A stretch of 64,000 bases of DNA. Source: a virus (taxonomy: Duplodnaviria; Caudoviricetes). The notes under the pieces were generated by a model that was given only the letters and a program-made list of their open reading frames with translations, made no database searches and was not told where the DNA came from. The stretch spans positions 32,001 through 96,000 of the IMG/VR virus record IMGVR_UViG_3300013947_000021; one strand, written 5' to 3'. Shown here in pieces: positions 10,964 to 20,423 of the stretch (position 1 is its first letter; each line of letters starts with the position of its first letter). The position numbers were made by a program, and so were the translations under genes.

Positions 10964-10983
10964 TATTCATAAAAATAATATCT
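10964..10983 (-). promoter_or_regulatory. Putative early promoter AGATATTATTTTTATGAATA
   Basis: Matches the 3064 and 25171 copies; followed by hairpin AGCTATT/AATAGCT and then an RBS. Confidence 0.6.
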
Positions 10984-11036
10984 AATTAATAAAAAATATA
11001 GAGAAGTAGAATAGTCTACTTCTCTTTTAATTTTAA

Positions 11037-12716
11037 TTAAAAACTAGGATTTGACATTTTTGATTCATCTTCAGGAAGACAAAGAGTCAAATTATATAGG
11101 CTCTGCATAGCTTCCTTATCTGAAGTTCTAACACCTTTACCACCTAAATTAAATAAATGTGATTTAGACGATAACTGTTTATCAAGTTCAGCATTAGCCT
11201 CTTCTGAATATACTCCCTTTACAGTAACCTGGTCACCATCATAGTCACCACCTATACCATCAAGGTAAAGGTTACTAATATTAAGAGTATCGATAAAGCT
11301 ATTAGATGTATTACTACCAATATCAGCTTGTGTAATATAAGGATAATTCTTATAATATTTATTTCCAACTACCATAGGAGTAGTTTTATTAGTAGAAGCT
11401 ATACGAATTCTAGTAGGATACTGGTTAAAATAACTATCTATAGGATATCTGGTAATAAGAATATGCTTATCAGCAGTTGCTTCAACTGCAGCCATATAAA
11501 GAACATCACACCATGTAAGATCTCTATCCTGTATAGGATATTTACTTAAATCAGCTTTATTAGCAAAATCTTCTGCACTAACATCTCTTCCTTTAAATCT
11601 AAGTCTAACGACCCGTCCTTCAATAGTAGGAACTTCTATAGGAATAAATCTATTGGAGAATCCAGTACAGAATCTATCTATTTCTTTTTTGATTCTTTCA
11701 TCAGAGAACTCTATTTGATAATCCTTAGGATGAAGATACTTAATAGTATTATCTTTATCCATTGTAGGAATTACAGAGTCACCGGAGAATTCATTCTCAA
11801 AGAATCTTCTTACATGATACATTATAAATGGTAAGAAGTTTACACATGCCGATGCTAAAGGAAGAACCGAATAATCCAAATCAGCTTCAATATCATCAAG
11901 TTTTTCAACTTTTAATTCAGGAGCAGAAAGGACAAGACGAGAAGCATAGTCTGTAGTCTTAGACATGACACTCATTCTAAGTACACCAAGTTTACCAGGA
12001 ATGACATCAGAAGTCTTTTCACCATTAATGGTTGTGCCAGAACCAAACCAGTCATATATCTGAGTTAAAGTTTCCTGAATACGACCTCTAGTAGCATCAG
12101 ACAAATTCAATCCATAATCAGCAGATTCTCTAAGTGCCTTGACAAAAACTATAAGATTTCTATAAAGTTCATTTATTGCTCCAATAGCAACCTTTCCTTT
12201 ATCATTATTGACATCTCTATAGAATGCTGGACATACAATAAATTTCTTTATAAGCATCTGAGGAGTTCCCATATACTTTTCAAGAAAATTCACCTGCATA
12301 TCTCTACGCTTAGAGCTTGTACGCTTAAGCTTGAATTTATCTATATTCTTAATAAGAAACTTTATTCCAGTTTCTCCATTAGGATCTTCTTTAAGTTCAC
12401 CATTATCAGTAATAGTAAACCTTCTGATTCCATGAACACAATATTTTATACCAGAATCACTCTTGCACCACATTTTATAGATAAGAGGATTTATAAAAGT
12501 TTCATAAAGATCTATATACGCAAAAGTATTAGCCCTGTCATATTTAGTAATTCCAAAAATCTCATTAGAAAGTAATCCATCAGGACTAGGAACTCCATTT
12601 CTAACAAAAAATACTGGATTAGTGACTTCTCTCAAATTATTTACTTCAACAAGTTTATCAGGATCAACGAGATCGACTCGTAAATGCTTACCACGGAAAA
12701 TTTCATCTGCGGGCAT
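11037..12716 (-). CDS. Phage multisubunit RNA polymerase beta'-like subunit (N-terminal plus catalytic part; likely virion RNAP)
   Basis: PSPDGLLSNEIFG, TRYP and the catalytic GGDYDGDQ (DxDGD) motif. The 559-aa length indicates a split beta' as in phiKZ-like phages. Confidence 0.92.
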   Translation of the reverse strand: MPADEIFRGKHLRVDLVDPDKLVEVNNLREVTNPVFFVRNGVPSPDGLLSNEIFGITKYDRANTFAYIDLYETFINPLIYKMWCKSDSGIKYCVHGIRRFTITDNGELKEDPNGETGIKFLIKNIDKFKLKRTSSKRRDMQVNFLEKYMGTPQMLIKKFIVCPAFYRDVNNDKGKVAIGAINELYRNLIVFVKALRESADYGLNLSDATRGRIQETLTQIYDWFGSGTTINGEKTSDVIPGKLGVLRMSVMSKTTDYASRLVLSAPELKVEKLDDIEADLDYSVLPLASACVNFLPFIMYHVRRFFENEFSGDSVIPTMDKDNTIKYLHPKDYQIEFSDERIKKEIDRFCTGFSNRFIPIEVPTIEGRVVRLRFKGRDVSAEDFANKADLSKYPIQDRDLTWCDVLYMAAVEATADKHILITRYPIDSYFNQYPTRIRIASTNKTTPMVVGNKYYKNYPYITQADIGSNTSNSFIDTLNISNLYLDGIGGDYDGDQVTVKGVYSEEANAELDKQLSSKSHLFNLGGKGVRTSDKEAMQSLYNLTLCLPEDESKMSNPSF

Positions 12717-12780
12717 AATTTCACCTCCAATTATTAATAATATGTGGAGTTTCTAAAAGATAAGAGTGAGCCCATTGGGC

Positions 12781-13086
12781 TCACTCATTTTCATTGACTA
12801 TATTTAAAGTTATAGCATTATTATCTATAGTAGCATTAATTATATACATCGATCCATATGAAATAAAATGCATACCATTAATAAAACTATATACTCTATT
12901 TGCATCCAGTATATTATTATAAATAATAATATACTCATCTGTTTCTTTCTTATAATCTAATGAATAATCAGAATCAAGTAAATGATATAGCATCATTATC
13001 TTATCAAAAAGATTTCTAATAGAATATGCTATAGTATCTTGATTATTCATGGTCTTTGTTATATTAATACAATCAAATTGATTCAT
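12781..13086 (-). CDS. Hypothetical protein
   Basis: 101-aa ORF with GGAGG RBS; its stop lies within hairpin 12764-12786. Confidence 0.65.
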   Translation of the reverse strand: MNQFDCINITKTMNNQDTIAYSIRNLFDKIMMLYHLLDSDYSLDYKKETDEYIIIYNNILDANRVYSFINGMHFISYGSMYIINATIDNNAITLNIVNENE

Positions 13087-13094
13087 TTTATTTA

Positions 13095-13430
13095 TTAACC
13101 TCCTTCCGCCATTTCTTCTATGGCATCTTCCAAATCATCTTCTGATATATTAGATAATGAAGGAGATTTTGGAACTTCATCAGTTGGCTTATATGTATTA
13201 TACCTTGCATTATTCTTATTTAATTCTTGCTGTTTTGCTTTTCTTTCTTCTTCTTTAGCACGTTCCTTTTGAACTTCAGAACGAAGGAATACTATTTTAT
13301 AAAGAGAATGAATATCATCAAATGGAGCATTTAGCATATCCATTATAGATATTCTTCCCTTTAAAAATGAAGCAATAGATTCAACTAGATTTACATACTC
13401 TGAATAGCTGCCAACTGATGCCGTGTAAAA
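13095..13430 (-). CDS. Small ORF (82 aa from ATG 13343), possibly also the -1 frameshift extension of the upstream chaperone-like gene
   Basis: The frame is open upstream of the ATG through YTASVGSYSEYVNLVESIASFLKGRISI to a TGA just before the CTTTTT run at 13432-13427. Confidence 0.55.
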   Translation of the reverse strand, partial: FYTASVGSYSEYVNLVESIASFLKGRISIMDMLNAPFDDIHSLYKIVFLRSEVQKERAKEEERKAKQQELNKNNARYNTYKPTDEVPKSPSLSNISEDDLEDAIEEMAEGG

Positions 13431-15235
13431 AGCAAATTCTCAGGTGCAATATTTGCAGTCTCAGCAATCTGTTCTGCGCAGTCAGGGCAAGTTGCTCCAG
13501 GAATCTTATAGGTAACTGCATTATTATTTTCATCAAATTCATTAACCTTACCTCTAAGATTAAAGAACTCATCAGAAGTAAACTTATTGATTATATTATC
13601 AATATAAGTAGCAATACGTCTTGCAGAAGTCTTAGCAAGATCATTAGTAACAGGCTTGGTATTAATAGGCACAAGCATCTGATGATCAGGATCGATAAAG
13701 TAAATATTATCGATATAAGAAATAAGATCAATCATATCAGCATACTTTTCAAGGAATTTATCACTCAAAGCAGCAACTTCAATAGTTACATTCCAAATAC
13801 TAGGATGACGAAGTGCAACAGCATAGTTATCAGAGATCTGGAAGAGTTCAGATTCACCAAAGTCCTTAGCAGGAGCATTAGTATCCTTCTTACAGAACAT
13901 TTCTACATTATGCTTTACTTCATCACTAGCATAAGAAACCATATCATCAAAATTAACTTCTTTGATAAACATCTTCTTGCACTTAGAATTGGGGCATTCA
14001 TATGTAATGAAGTTACTATTAGCAAATGTAGCCTTATAGAGTGCAAAATAGATATGAGCAAGATCACTAAATCTAGTAGTCTTAAGCCAAGTTTCATAAT
14101 TCGGCTTAGACTTGTCTATAATATGATCATAGATAATACGATAAATATCTTTAAAAGTATTAAGTCTATTTCTAGTACTATTTGCAGGATTGAGTTTAAG
14201 AATTTCAGGACCAGAAAGGCCAGAAACAGAGATAGCCTTCTCTGCGCCATACATCATCCAGTCAGCAACATTGGGAACTGCTACAGTCTTATTGGCAATA
14301 ATCATATTAGCCTTTTCAGAGGTAATAGACTTATTTGCAATAGCAAACTTACTAAGATCAAACTTACTCTTTATAATAAGCTTACCTTCAAGCTCATTCT
14401 TGAGTTCCTTAATAGTCTCCTCTTCAGACTTTTCAGCAGTACCATCAATATCATATTCATCATCAGTATTATCATCATCGTCATCAAAGAGAGAAGAATT
14501 ACTTACTCCATCAAGAATATCAGTATCAATCTTCTTTTCAGGAACATGAACAGGCGTATCAGATACTGCAGAGGTTGATTCAGTAACAACTTTATTTTCA
14601 ATAGGATTATATGATACAGCCTTAGTAGAAATATGAATAGTATCAGGTTCTATTGTATTACCATGATTAGCATCAGTCTCTATTGTATCATGATCATATG
14701 AATCAGTATTAATACTATTTAAATCATCAGTATTGATATGAGGCTGTTTAATAGGTTCCTGATAATTATACTCATCAGAAGATGCAGTTTCAATATCTAC
14801 AGTATCAGTAGAATCACTAAAATTAAAATCCTCATTAGAAACATTATCAGATACCATATCATCAATATCCTTATAAGTTTTTGCAGATTCCTTTTCTTCC
14901 ATCTCTGCATCTCTCTTATCAAGGATTGCATCCATCTGGGATCCCATTTCTGCCTTAGTTCTATCGAGAGCTCTATCAAGATCTGCAAAGATATCAGTAT
15001 CAGGAGTAATAGCTTCTGACTTTACAGGAGTCTTCTTAGGGAAGAACTTATTAATATCTTCCGGAGACATTTCACTAATATTGGAGCTCTTAACAGGACC
15101 ATTATTAGTAGTAGGGATACGATTTACCATATTATTAATATCATCTACAGAGGCAGAAATATTGCTAGATCTTACAGCACTTCTACCTTCTACATTAGAA
15201 CCTCTAATTTCATTAAGGGAAGAGTTCTTTTCCAT
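13391..15235 (-). CDS. Putative baseplate-hub/tail assembly chaperone (T4 gp26-like) with long acidic disordered N-terminus
   Basis: Two Cys pairs (CPNSKC, CPDC) in a globular C-terminal half; directly downstream of the gp25-like gene; start MEKN after GGAGG. Confidence 0.55.
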   Translation of the reverse strand: MEKNSSLNEIRGSNVEGRSAVRSSNISASVDDINNMVNRIPTTNNGPVKSSNISEMSPEDINKFFPKKTPVKSEAITPDTDIFADLDRALDRTKAEMGSQMDAILDKRDAEMEEKESAKTYKDIDDMVSDNVSNEDFNFSDSTDTVDIETASSDEYNYQEPIKQPHINTDDLNSINTDSYDHDTIETDANHGNTIEPDTIHISTKAVSYNPIENKVVTESTSAVSDTPVHVPEKKIDTDILDGVSNSSLFDDDDDNTDDEYDIDGTAEKSEEETIKELKNELEGKLIIKSKFDLSKFAIANKSITSEKANMIIANKTVAVPNVADWMMYGAEKAISVSGLSGPEILKLNPANSTRNRLNTFKDIYRIIYDHIIDKSKPNYETWLKTTRFSDLAHIYFALYKATFANSNFITYECPNSKCKKMFIKEVNFDDMVSYASDEVKHNVEMFCKKDTNAPAKDFGESELFQISDNYAVALRHPSIWNVTIEVAALSDKFLEKYADMIDLISYIDNIYFIDPDHQMLVPINTKPVTNDLAKTSARRIATYIDNIINKFTSDEFFNLRGKVNEFDENNNAVTYKIPGATCPDCAEQIAETANIAPENLLFTRHQLAAIQSM

Positions 15236-15259
15236 TTTATTAACCTCCATAATCTAATT

Positions 15260-15649
15260 TTATAGATCAGCTAAATGTGTAAATTTACTTACAATAGTTT
15301 GAGCAGCACTATTATAAATGAATCCATATATAGTACTATCTATCTCTATTGTAATATATATTGTTTCTTTATCTTGATTTACATTTACAGATGCAGACTG
15401 ATAATCTGGTAAATATGTAACAATCTGTTTCTGTATATCTTTTTTTAAATTGCTTACATTTATTCCATTTACGCTATACATGTATTTAGAATAAAGTCCC
15501 ACACCCATTTCCGGATGCGATTGAATGGTTCCTGACTCAAGTAGAAGTAATCTTGTTAAAAGTACTGCTACTGCTTCAGGATTTTTATATACCTTTGGAT
15601 TTTCGAAATCATCAATAGAAAAAGAGTATTCTTCTGATATAGTAGCCAT
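15260..15649 (-). CDS. Baseplate wedge/sheath initiator, gp25-like
   Basis: 129 aa; LLLLESGTIQSHPEMGVGL...IQKQIVTYLP pattern typical of gp25/GPW proteins; late promoter at 15684-15695. Confidence 0.7.
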   Translation of the reverse strand: MATISEEYSFSIDDFENPKVYKNPEAVAVLLTRLLLLESGTIQSHPEMGVGLYSKYMYSVNGINVSNLKKDIQKQIVTYLPDYQSASVNVNQDKETIYITIEIDSTIYGFIYNSAAQTIVSKFTHLADL

Positions 15650-15737
15650 TATATCACCTCTTTTTAATTAATTTAATATTTTTTAATACTTTGTTGTAGA
15701 TTTTAAAATATACAGACTTTTGATAAAACATATAAAT

Positions 15738-15872
15738 AATATACTAATATAAATTATTCACCTACATAAAGCCAAAATTATTTTCTTTTAATTCATATTT
15801 TCTTCTTTTCATTTTAACCTCCTTTTTTATATATAGAGAGATAGCGTTTTGCTATCTCTCATGCTTTTTATT
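15738..15872 (+). ncRNA. Candidate late small RNA containing an anti-Shine-Dalgarno/anti-AUG tract
   Basis: Late motif AACA-TATAAA-TA at 15727-15738, no plus-strand ORF, hairpin 15836-15860 plus T tract; contains TTCTTTTCATTTTAACCTCCTT. Confidence 0.4.
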
Positions 15873-15919
15873 CATACTTCAACATAGCTATAATATGATT
15901 ACATAGGAGGTCAATAATA

Positions 15920-17440
15920 ATGAAGCCTACTTATAAAACAAGTAAAAAATATAAGTGTCCTTATTGTGATTATCATGATACTAGGACTAATCTTGTAGAT
16001 CATGTAAATAAAGAACATGAAGAATTAATCCCAGAAGGATATACAGCAGCTAGGGCTGTATATGATTTTATAAATGGAAAGAATTATGGAATTTGCATGA
16101 TATGTAAACAGAAAGTTTATACATGGAATGATAAAATAAATCGTTATAATAATCTTTGTGATAATCCTAAATGCAGAGCTGAAGTCAGAAGGATTGCGCT
16201 TGAACGCCATATAAAAGTATATAATAAACCTACTCTTCTTGGTGATGCTGAACAACAGGAAAAGATGCTTGCTAATAGAAAGATATCTGGTACTTATACT
16301 TTTTCTGATGGTGGTAAGATTACTTATACTGGAAAATATGAAAAGAATGCTCTTGAATTTATGGATACAGTTCTGAATATTCCTTCTAAAGATATTCAGG
16401 CCCCTGGTCCTGTTCTTGAATATGAATATAATGGTGAGACTCATAAATGGATAACTGATATTTATTATATTCCTGCTAATCTTCTTATTGAAATAAAAGA
16501 TGGTGGAAATAATCCTAATAAGAGATCTATGCCTGTATATAGAGAGAAGCAGTTAGCAAAAGAAGAGATGATTACTAATCTTGGTACGTTTAATTATATT
16601 AGACTCACCAATAATGATTTCTCTCAGCTTCTTGCTATATTTGCTGAAATGAAAGATGAAGCTTTAACTAATGAAAGTCCTAAGGCTACAATTAGAGTTA
16701 ATGAAGAATTTAATATTGGAGGAGCTATGCCTAGAGCAGATGCAACTGATGTGTGTATAATTCCTTATATGTCAAGTAATACATTTGATATTGGATATGC
16801 ATATTCTGATAGTACAGAACCTGACAAAGTATATATTCCAGAAGAAGATGGAGATAAGATTGTTATTAATCAGTATAATAAAGATGATTTAAATAATAAT
16901 AAGATTACTAAAGTATATAGTAATTTTGTAGAAAGTCTTAATAATAGTATTCCTAAATTATGCAAAACTTTTAATACAATGTATTATTGCGGAATAAATA
17001 CAACAGAAAAGTTTGCAGAAAAAATGAGACTTATATATGAGCAGATAGAAGGAAAGAAACCTGTTGAAAATAAATGGTCTCTTGTTAATACTCTTACTGG
17101 TGCTAATATAAATAATTATAAAGACCTTTTTACTCTTGAATGTTTTAAGTATTATGATAAAGATCGAGAGCAGAAGATTCGTTCTTATATAGAAAATGCG
17201 TATGATTATATTGCTAAGGATGATAATTATATGCAGAATATAATTAAAACTAAAGGCTGTGTAATGATTTGCAGAGCTCTTGATGGATATTATGCTTGTA
17301 CAAATGATAAATTCTATATGGCCACTGAAAAGTTTGATACTCTTGAAGATTTAGAGTCTAGTGGAGCTATAGATATTATGAATGATATCTATAATGCAAA
17401 TTCTAATAAGAAGGAGGAAGAAGAGAATGCCAACGAATGA
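15920..17440 (+). CDS. Zinc-finger plus PD-(D/E)xK nuclease-like protein
   Basis: C2H2 CPYC...HVNKEH, CMIC...CDNPKC, then WITDIYYIPANLLIEIKDGG. Late promoter at 15881-15892 and GGAGG RBS. Confidence 0.65.
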   Translation: MKPTYKTSKKYKCPYCDYHDTRTNLVDHVNKEHEELIPEGYTAARAVYDFINGKNYGICMICKQKVYTWNDKINRYNNLCDNPKCRAEVRRIALERHIKVYNKPTLLGDAEQQEKMLANRKISGTYTFSDGGKITYTGKYEKNALEFMDTVLNIPSKDIQAPGPVLEYEYNGETHKWITDIYYIPANLLIEIKDGGNNPNKRSMPVYREKQLAKEEMITNLGTFNYIRLTNNDFSQLLAIFAEMKDEALTNESPKATIRVNEEFNIGGAMPRADATDVCIIPYMSSNTFDIGYAYSDSTEPDKVYIPEEDGDKIVINQYNKDDLNNNKITKVYSNFVESLNNSIPKLCKTFNTMYYCGINTTEKFAEKMRLIYEQIEGKKPVENKWSLVNTLTGANINNYKDLFTLECFKYYDKDREQKIRSYIENAYDYIAKDDNYMQNIIKTKGCVMICRALDGYYACTNDKFYMATEKFDTLEDLESSGAIDIMNDIYNANSNKKEEEENANE

Positions 17441-19589
17441 TATGTTTGATGATGAGTTTAAGATTTCAGATACATTAAAATCTTTAACCATGAAAGGTGA
17501 ATACTTTGATGATCTATATGAAAAAGATCCTAAAGTAGTTGAAGCAAATAACTGGTCTAATTCCTCTGGAATAACTATTATGACTCCAGATATTCTTACT
17601 ATGGAAAATCTTGAGAATAGATGGATTGAATATAATAACAATACTAAATATAATCGTAGACAGTCAGATTGGAAATGCTTAGAATTATTTGGTATTGATA
17701 ATTATGAAATGTATAATTCTCTTAAAGATAAACTTAGTAAAGAGAATACTAATATAACTTCTGCTGTATCTGATTCTATTACAGCAGATTCTGAAACATT
17801 ATCTGCTCCAATGAATGAAGTGAGTGTAGAAGATAATTTTATTAATTCTACAATAGACTGGGATGATGTGGTCCAGACAGCAAAAATGTTTGGTGTTTAT
17901 ATAATGCATCCATATGGTAATCCTGATGAAATATATGAAAAATATAAATCAATGCCCGACTCCGATAAAGTTGTATCAGATGATATAATGAAAGAACTTG
18001 TTGGAAAGACTAATAAAGAATATTATCTTATGCTTAAGAATGATATTATTTCACCTATGATAGGTGATGATTATTCTGATAAGATAATAGAGTATAAAGC
18101 AGTTACTGATACTGTAACTGGTATGAGAAATTATGCTAAATCTTTAGTTGAAAATAGACCTGTATGGGAATCTGCTAAGTATCTTCTTTCTAAAGCTAGA
18201 GAAAAGAAAGTGCTTACAGAAGAAGCTATTACTAATAATATAATTTCAGATGCTATTGGAGATTTTGAAGCATTATCCAATAATAATCCTGAATTTATAT
18301 ATTCTGATTATCCTTATATATCTCCTGAAGATATGATATCTATGGGTGTATATAATGATGATCCTGAGCAGAATTACTATAAGGCTATATCTGATAATAA
18401 ATTAATTTCAGATGATATGACATCTGAAGATTGGTTTGAAGAATATAAGATAGATGATTTAGCATACTCAGAATCTTTTAGAAATAATATTCCTAGTTGG
18501 ATTTCTAAAGTAAGAGAGCTTACATATAGTCTCAAGAAAATGCAGGAATCTGGAAATTATAGCGAAGAACAGATTAATTCTAGAAAGCAGTCTATTCTTG
18601 AGCTTGGCTGGAATCCGGAAATAGAATTCTCTGATAAAGCTAGAAGTATTGCAGTTGAAACTGCAAAGATGAGAAGATCATCTGTGAATATTATAGATCT
18701 TAGAGAGTTTGATGTAAATTATACCACTCCTACTGAAGAAGATCTTAATGATAAAGAACTTTATCCTATCTTTATTGTATTAATTGCAGGAAATGCCTTC
18801 CATTCTAAACTTATTAGAAAATTTACTAGAGATGATTATAGTCATGCTGCATTTAGCCTTGATCCAGAATTAAATGAATGCTTTGGTTTTAAGATACTTG
18901 AAGCTAATGGAACAAAACGAACTGGATATCATAAAGAAGGTATGAAAGATGTCTTTAAACCTAATAATCTTAATATTGGATTATTCTGTTTCTTTGTACC
19001 TAAATATATCTATATAAAGTTTAAAGATATTATTAAACATTTTGATGCAAATATGGAGAAAACCAAGTATAGTTATGCAAGTTTGCTATGTTACTTGCTA
19101 CATATTCCTGTAAATGTAGATTATAAATATTTTTGTTCTCAGTTTGTAGATGTAGTATTTAGAAAGCTTGATATAAATATTACTGGAAAGAAATCATCTA
19201 CATTTGTATCACCTGCTACACTTCATAAGGCAGCTTTAAGAAATGAAAAGATATTCAAGCTTTATGAAGGATCTGCAAATGATTATGATGCTGAAAAGAT
19301 TAAAGCTGTAATAAATACATTAAAGAAAACTGCTAAGCCTCTTAAAGAGTCTGAACAGATGTATATTAAGAATCAAGATATGTATATTAATTATCTTATA
19401 GAGAATTGTAATAAACTTGATACCGTATTAAGTCTTAAAGAATATTCTTCTATAGTAACCGATCCTACTATGAATAATATAATTAATAAAATGCTGTTTG
19501 AACCTCTTGATATATATAGCGAAACCGAAATGCAAAATGGCATAGATATAGATTCTCTTATAAAGAAATATATAAAACCTTTATGCTAA
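17427..19589 (+). CDS. Probable virion protein with permuted papain-like (NlpC/P60, YiiX-like) amidase domain
   Basis: SKLIRKFTRDDYSHAAFSLD (His) precedes YKYFCSQFV (Cys), the permuted order. Start at 17427 after AAGGAGG. Confidence 0.7.
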   Translation: MPTNDMFDDEFKISDTLKSLTMKGEYFDDLYEKDPKVVEANNWSNSSGITIMTPDILTMENLENRWIEYNNNTKYNRRQSDWKCLELFGIDNYEMYNSLKDKLSKENTNITSAVSDSITADSETLSAPMNEVSVEDNFINSTIDWDDVVQTAKMFGVYIMHPYGNPDEIYEKYKSMPDSDKVVSDDIMKELVGKTNKEYYLMLKNDIISPMIGDDYSDKIIEYKAVTDTVTGMRNYAKSLVENRPVWESAKYLLSKAREKKVLTEEAITNNIISDAIGDFEALSNNNPEFIYSDYPYISPEDMISMGVYNDDPEQNYYKAISDNKLISDDMTSEDWFEEYKIDDLAYSESFRNNIPSWISKVRELTYSLKKMQESGNYSEEQINSRKQSILELGWNPEIEFSDKARSIAVETAKMRRSSVNIIDLREFDVNYTTPTEEDLNDKELYPIFIVLIAGNAFHSKLIRKFTRDDYSHAAFSLDPELNECFGFKILEANGTKRTGYHKEGMKDVFKPNNLNIGLFCFFVPKYIYIKFKDIIKHFDANMEKTKYSYASLLCYLLHIPVNVDYKYFCSQFVDVVFRKLDINITGKKSSTFVSPATLHKAALRNEKIFKLYEGSANDYDAEKIKAVINTLKKTAKPLKESEQMYIKNQDMYINYLIENCNKLDTVLSLKEYSSIVTDPTMNNIINKMLFEPLDIYSETEMQNGIDIDSLIKKYIKPLC

Positions 19590-19691
19590 AATAATTATGA
19601 GAGTGGATTATATGTCCACTCTCATATTTTTTATTTACTTAATATAACGAAAACAAATAATTAAGTTAATTTTACATATATGGAGGATAAA

Positions 19692-20405
19692 ATGGAAACT
19701 ATAAATGCCAATACTTGTGCTAAGAGCATTCTTATGCAGCCTGGAGATGGAATGCTTACTGGAGAAGAAATTTTAAGACAGGTAAAAGAAAATAATATAA
19801 TAATTGATCCTTTTGATGAATCCCTTATTAATCCTAATAGCTATAACTTAAGAATTTCTAATAAGCTTAAAGTTTATAGCCATGGACTTGATAAAGCAGA
19901 TATTGATGATGCTGTTTTAAAAGGTGATGATCATAGATTCTTTAATAATAATCATATTATAGATGAATATGGATATAGCTTTCATGTCAAATCCATTATT
20001 CCTACAAAAGCAAAGCCTATAGATATGCATTCTGATAATGAATATTATGAGTATACTATTCCAGAAGATGGAATGGTTTTGTATCCCAATATTCTTTATA
20101 TAGGAAGTACTATAGAAAGATGTGCTACAGATAACTTTATTCCTATGATTAATGGTAGATCTTCTGGCGGTCGTCTTGGCCTTTCAATTCATATCTGTGC
20201 AGGATTTGGAGATATTGGATTTGATGGTACTTGGACTCTTGAGATTACTGTAGTTGAACCTTTGAAGATTTATCCTGGAGAAGAAATAGCTCAGGTTTGC
20301 TATTTTACTCCTGCTGGAGCTGCTTCAAAACTATATAGAGGCAGATATTATAAACAAGAAGAACCTACTGTAAGTAGATTTTTCCGAGGAAAAATAAATT
20401 ATTAA
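19692..20405 (+). CDS. dcd: dCTP deaminase (trimeric dUTPase superfamily)
   Basis: FDESLINPNSYNLRI, GRSSGGRLGLSIH, AGFGDIGFDGTWTLEI, IYPGEEIAQV and C-terminal YRGRYYKQ. Late promoter at 19652-19663. Confidence 0.93.
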   Translation: METINANTCAKSILMQPGDGMLTGEEILRQVKENNIIIDPFDESLINPNSYNLRISNKLKVYSHGLDKADIDDAVLKGDDHRFFNNNHIIDEYGYSFHVKSIIPTKAKPIDMHSDNEYYEYTIPEDGMVLYPNILYIGSTIERCATDNFIPMINGRSSGGRLGLSIHICAGFGDIGFDGTWTLEITVVEPLKIYPGEEIAQVCYFTPAGAASKLYRGRYYKQEEPTVSRFFRGKINY

Positions 20406-20423
20406 AGGAGAAATATTTGGACA

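Noticed and set aside
3997-19626. Shared stem ATGAGAGTGG...CCACTCTCAT at 3997 and 19596 as mobile-element ends
   Set aside because: Each is a self-contained terminator with a T tract after a gene; no target duplication or recombinase nearby.
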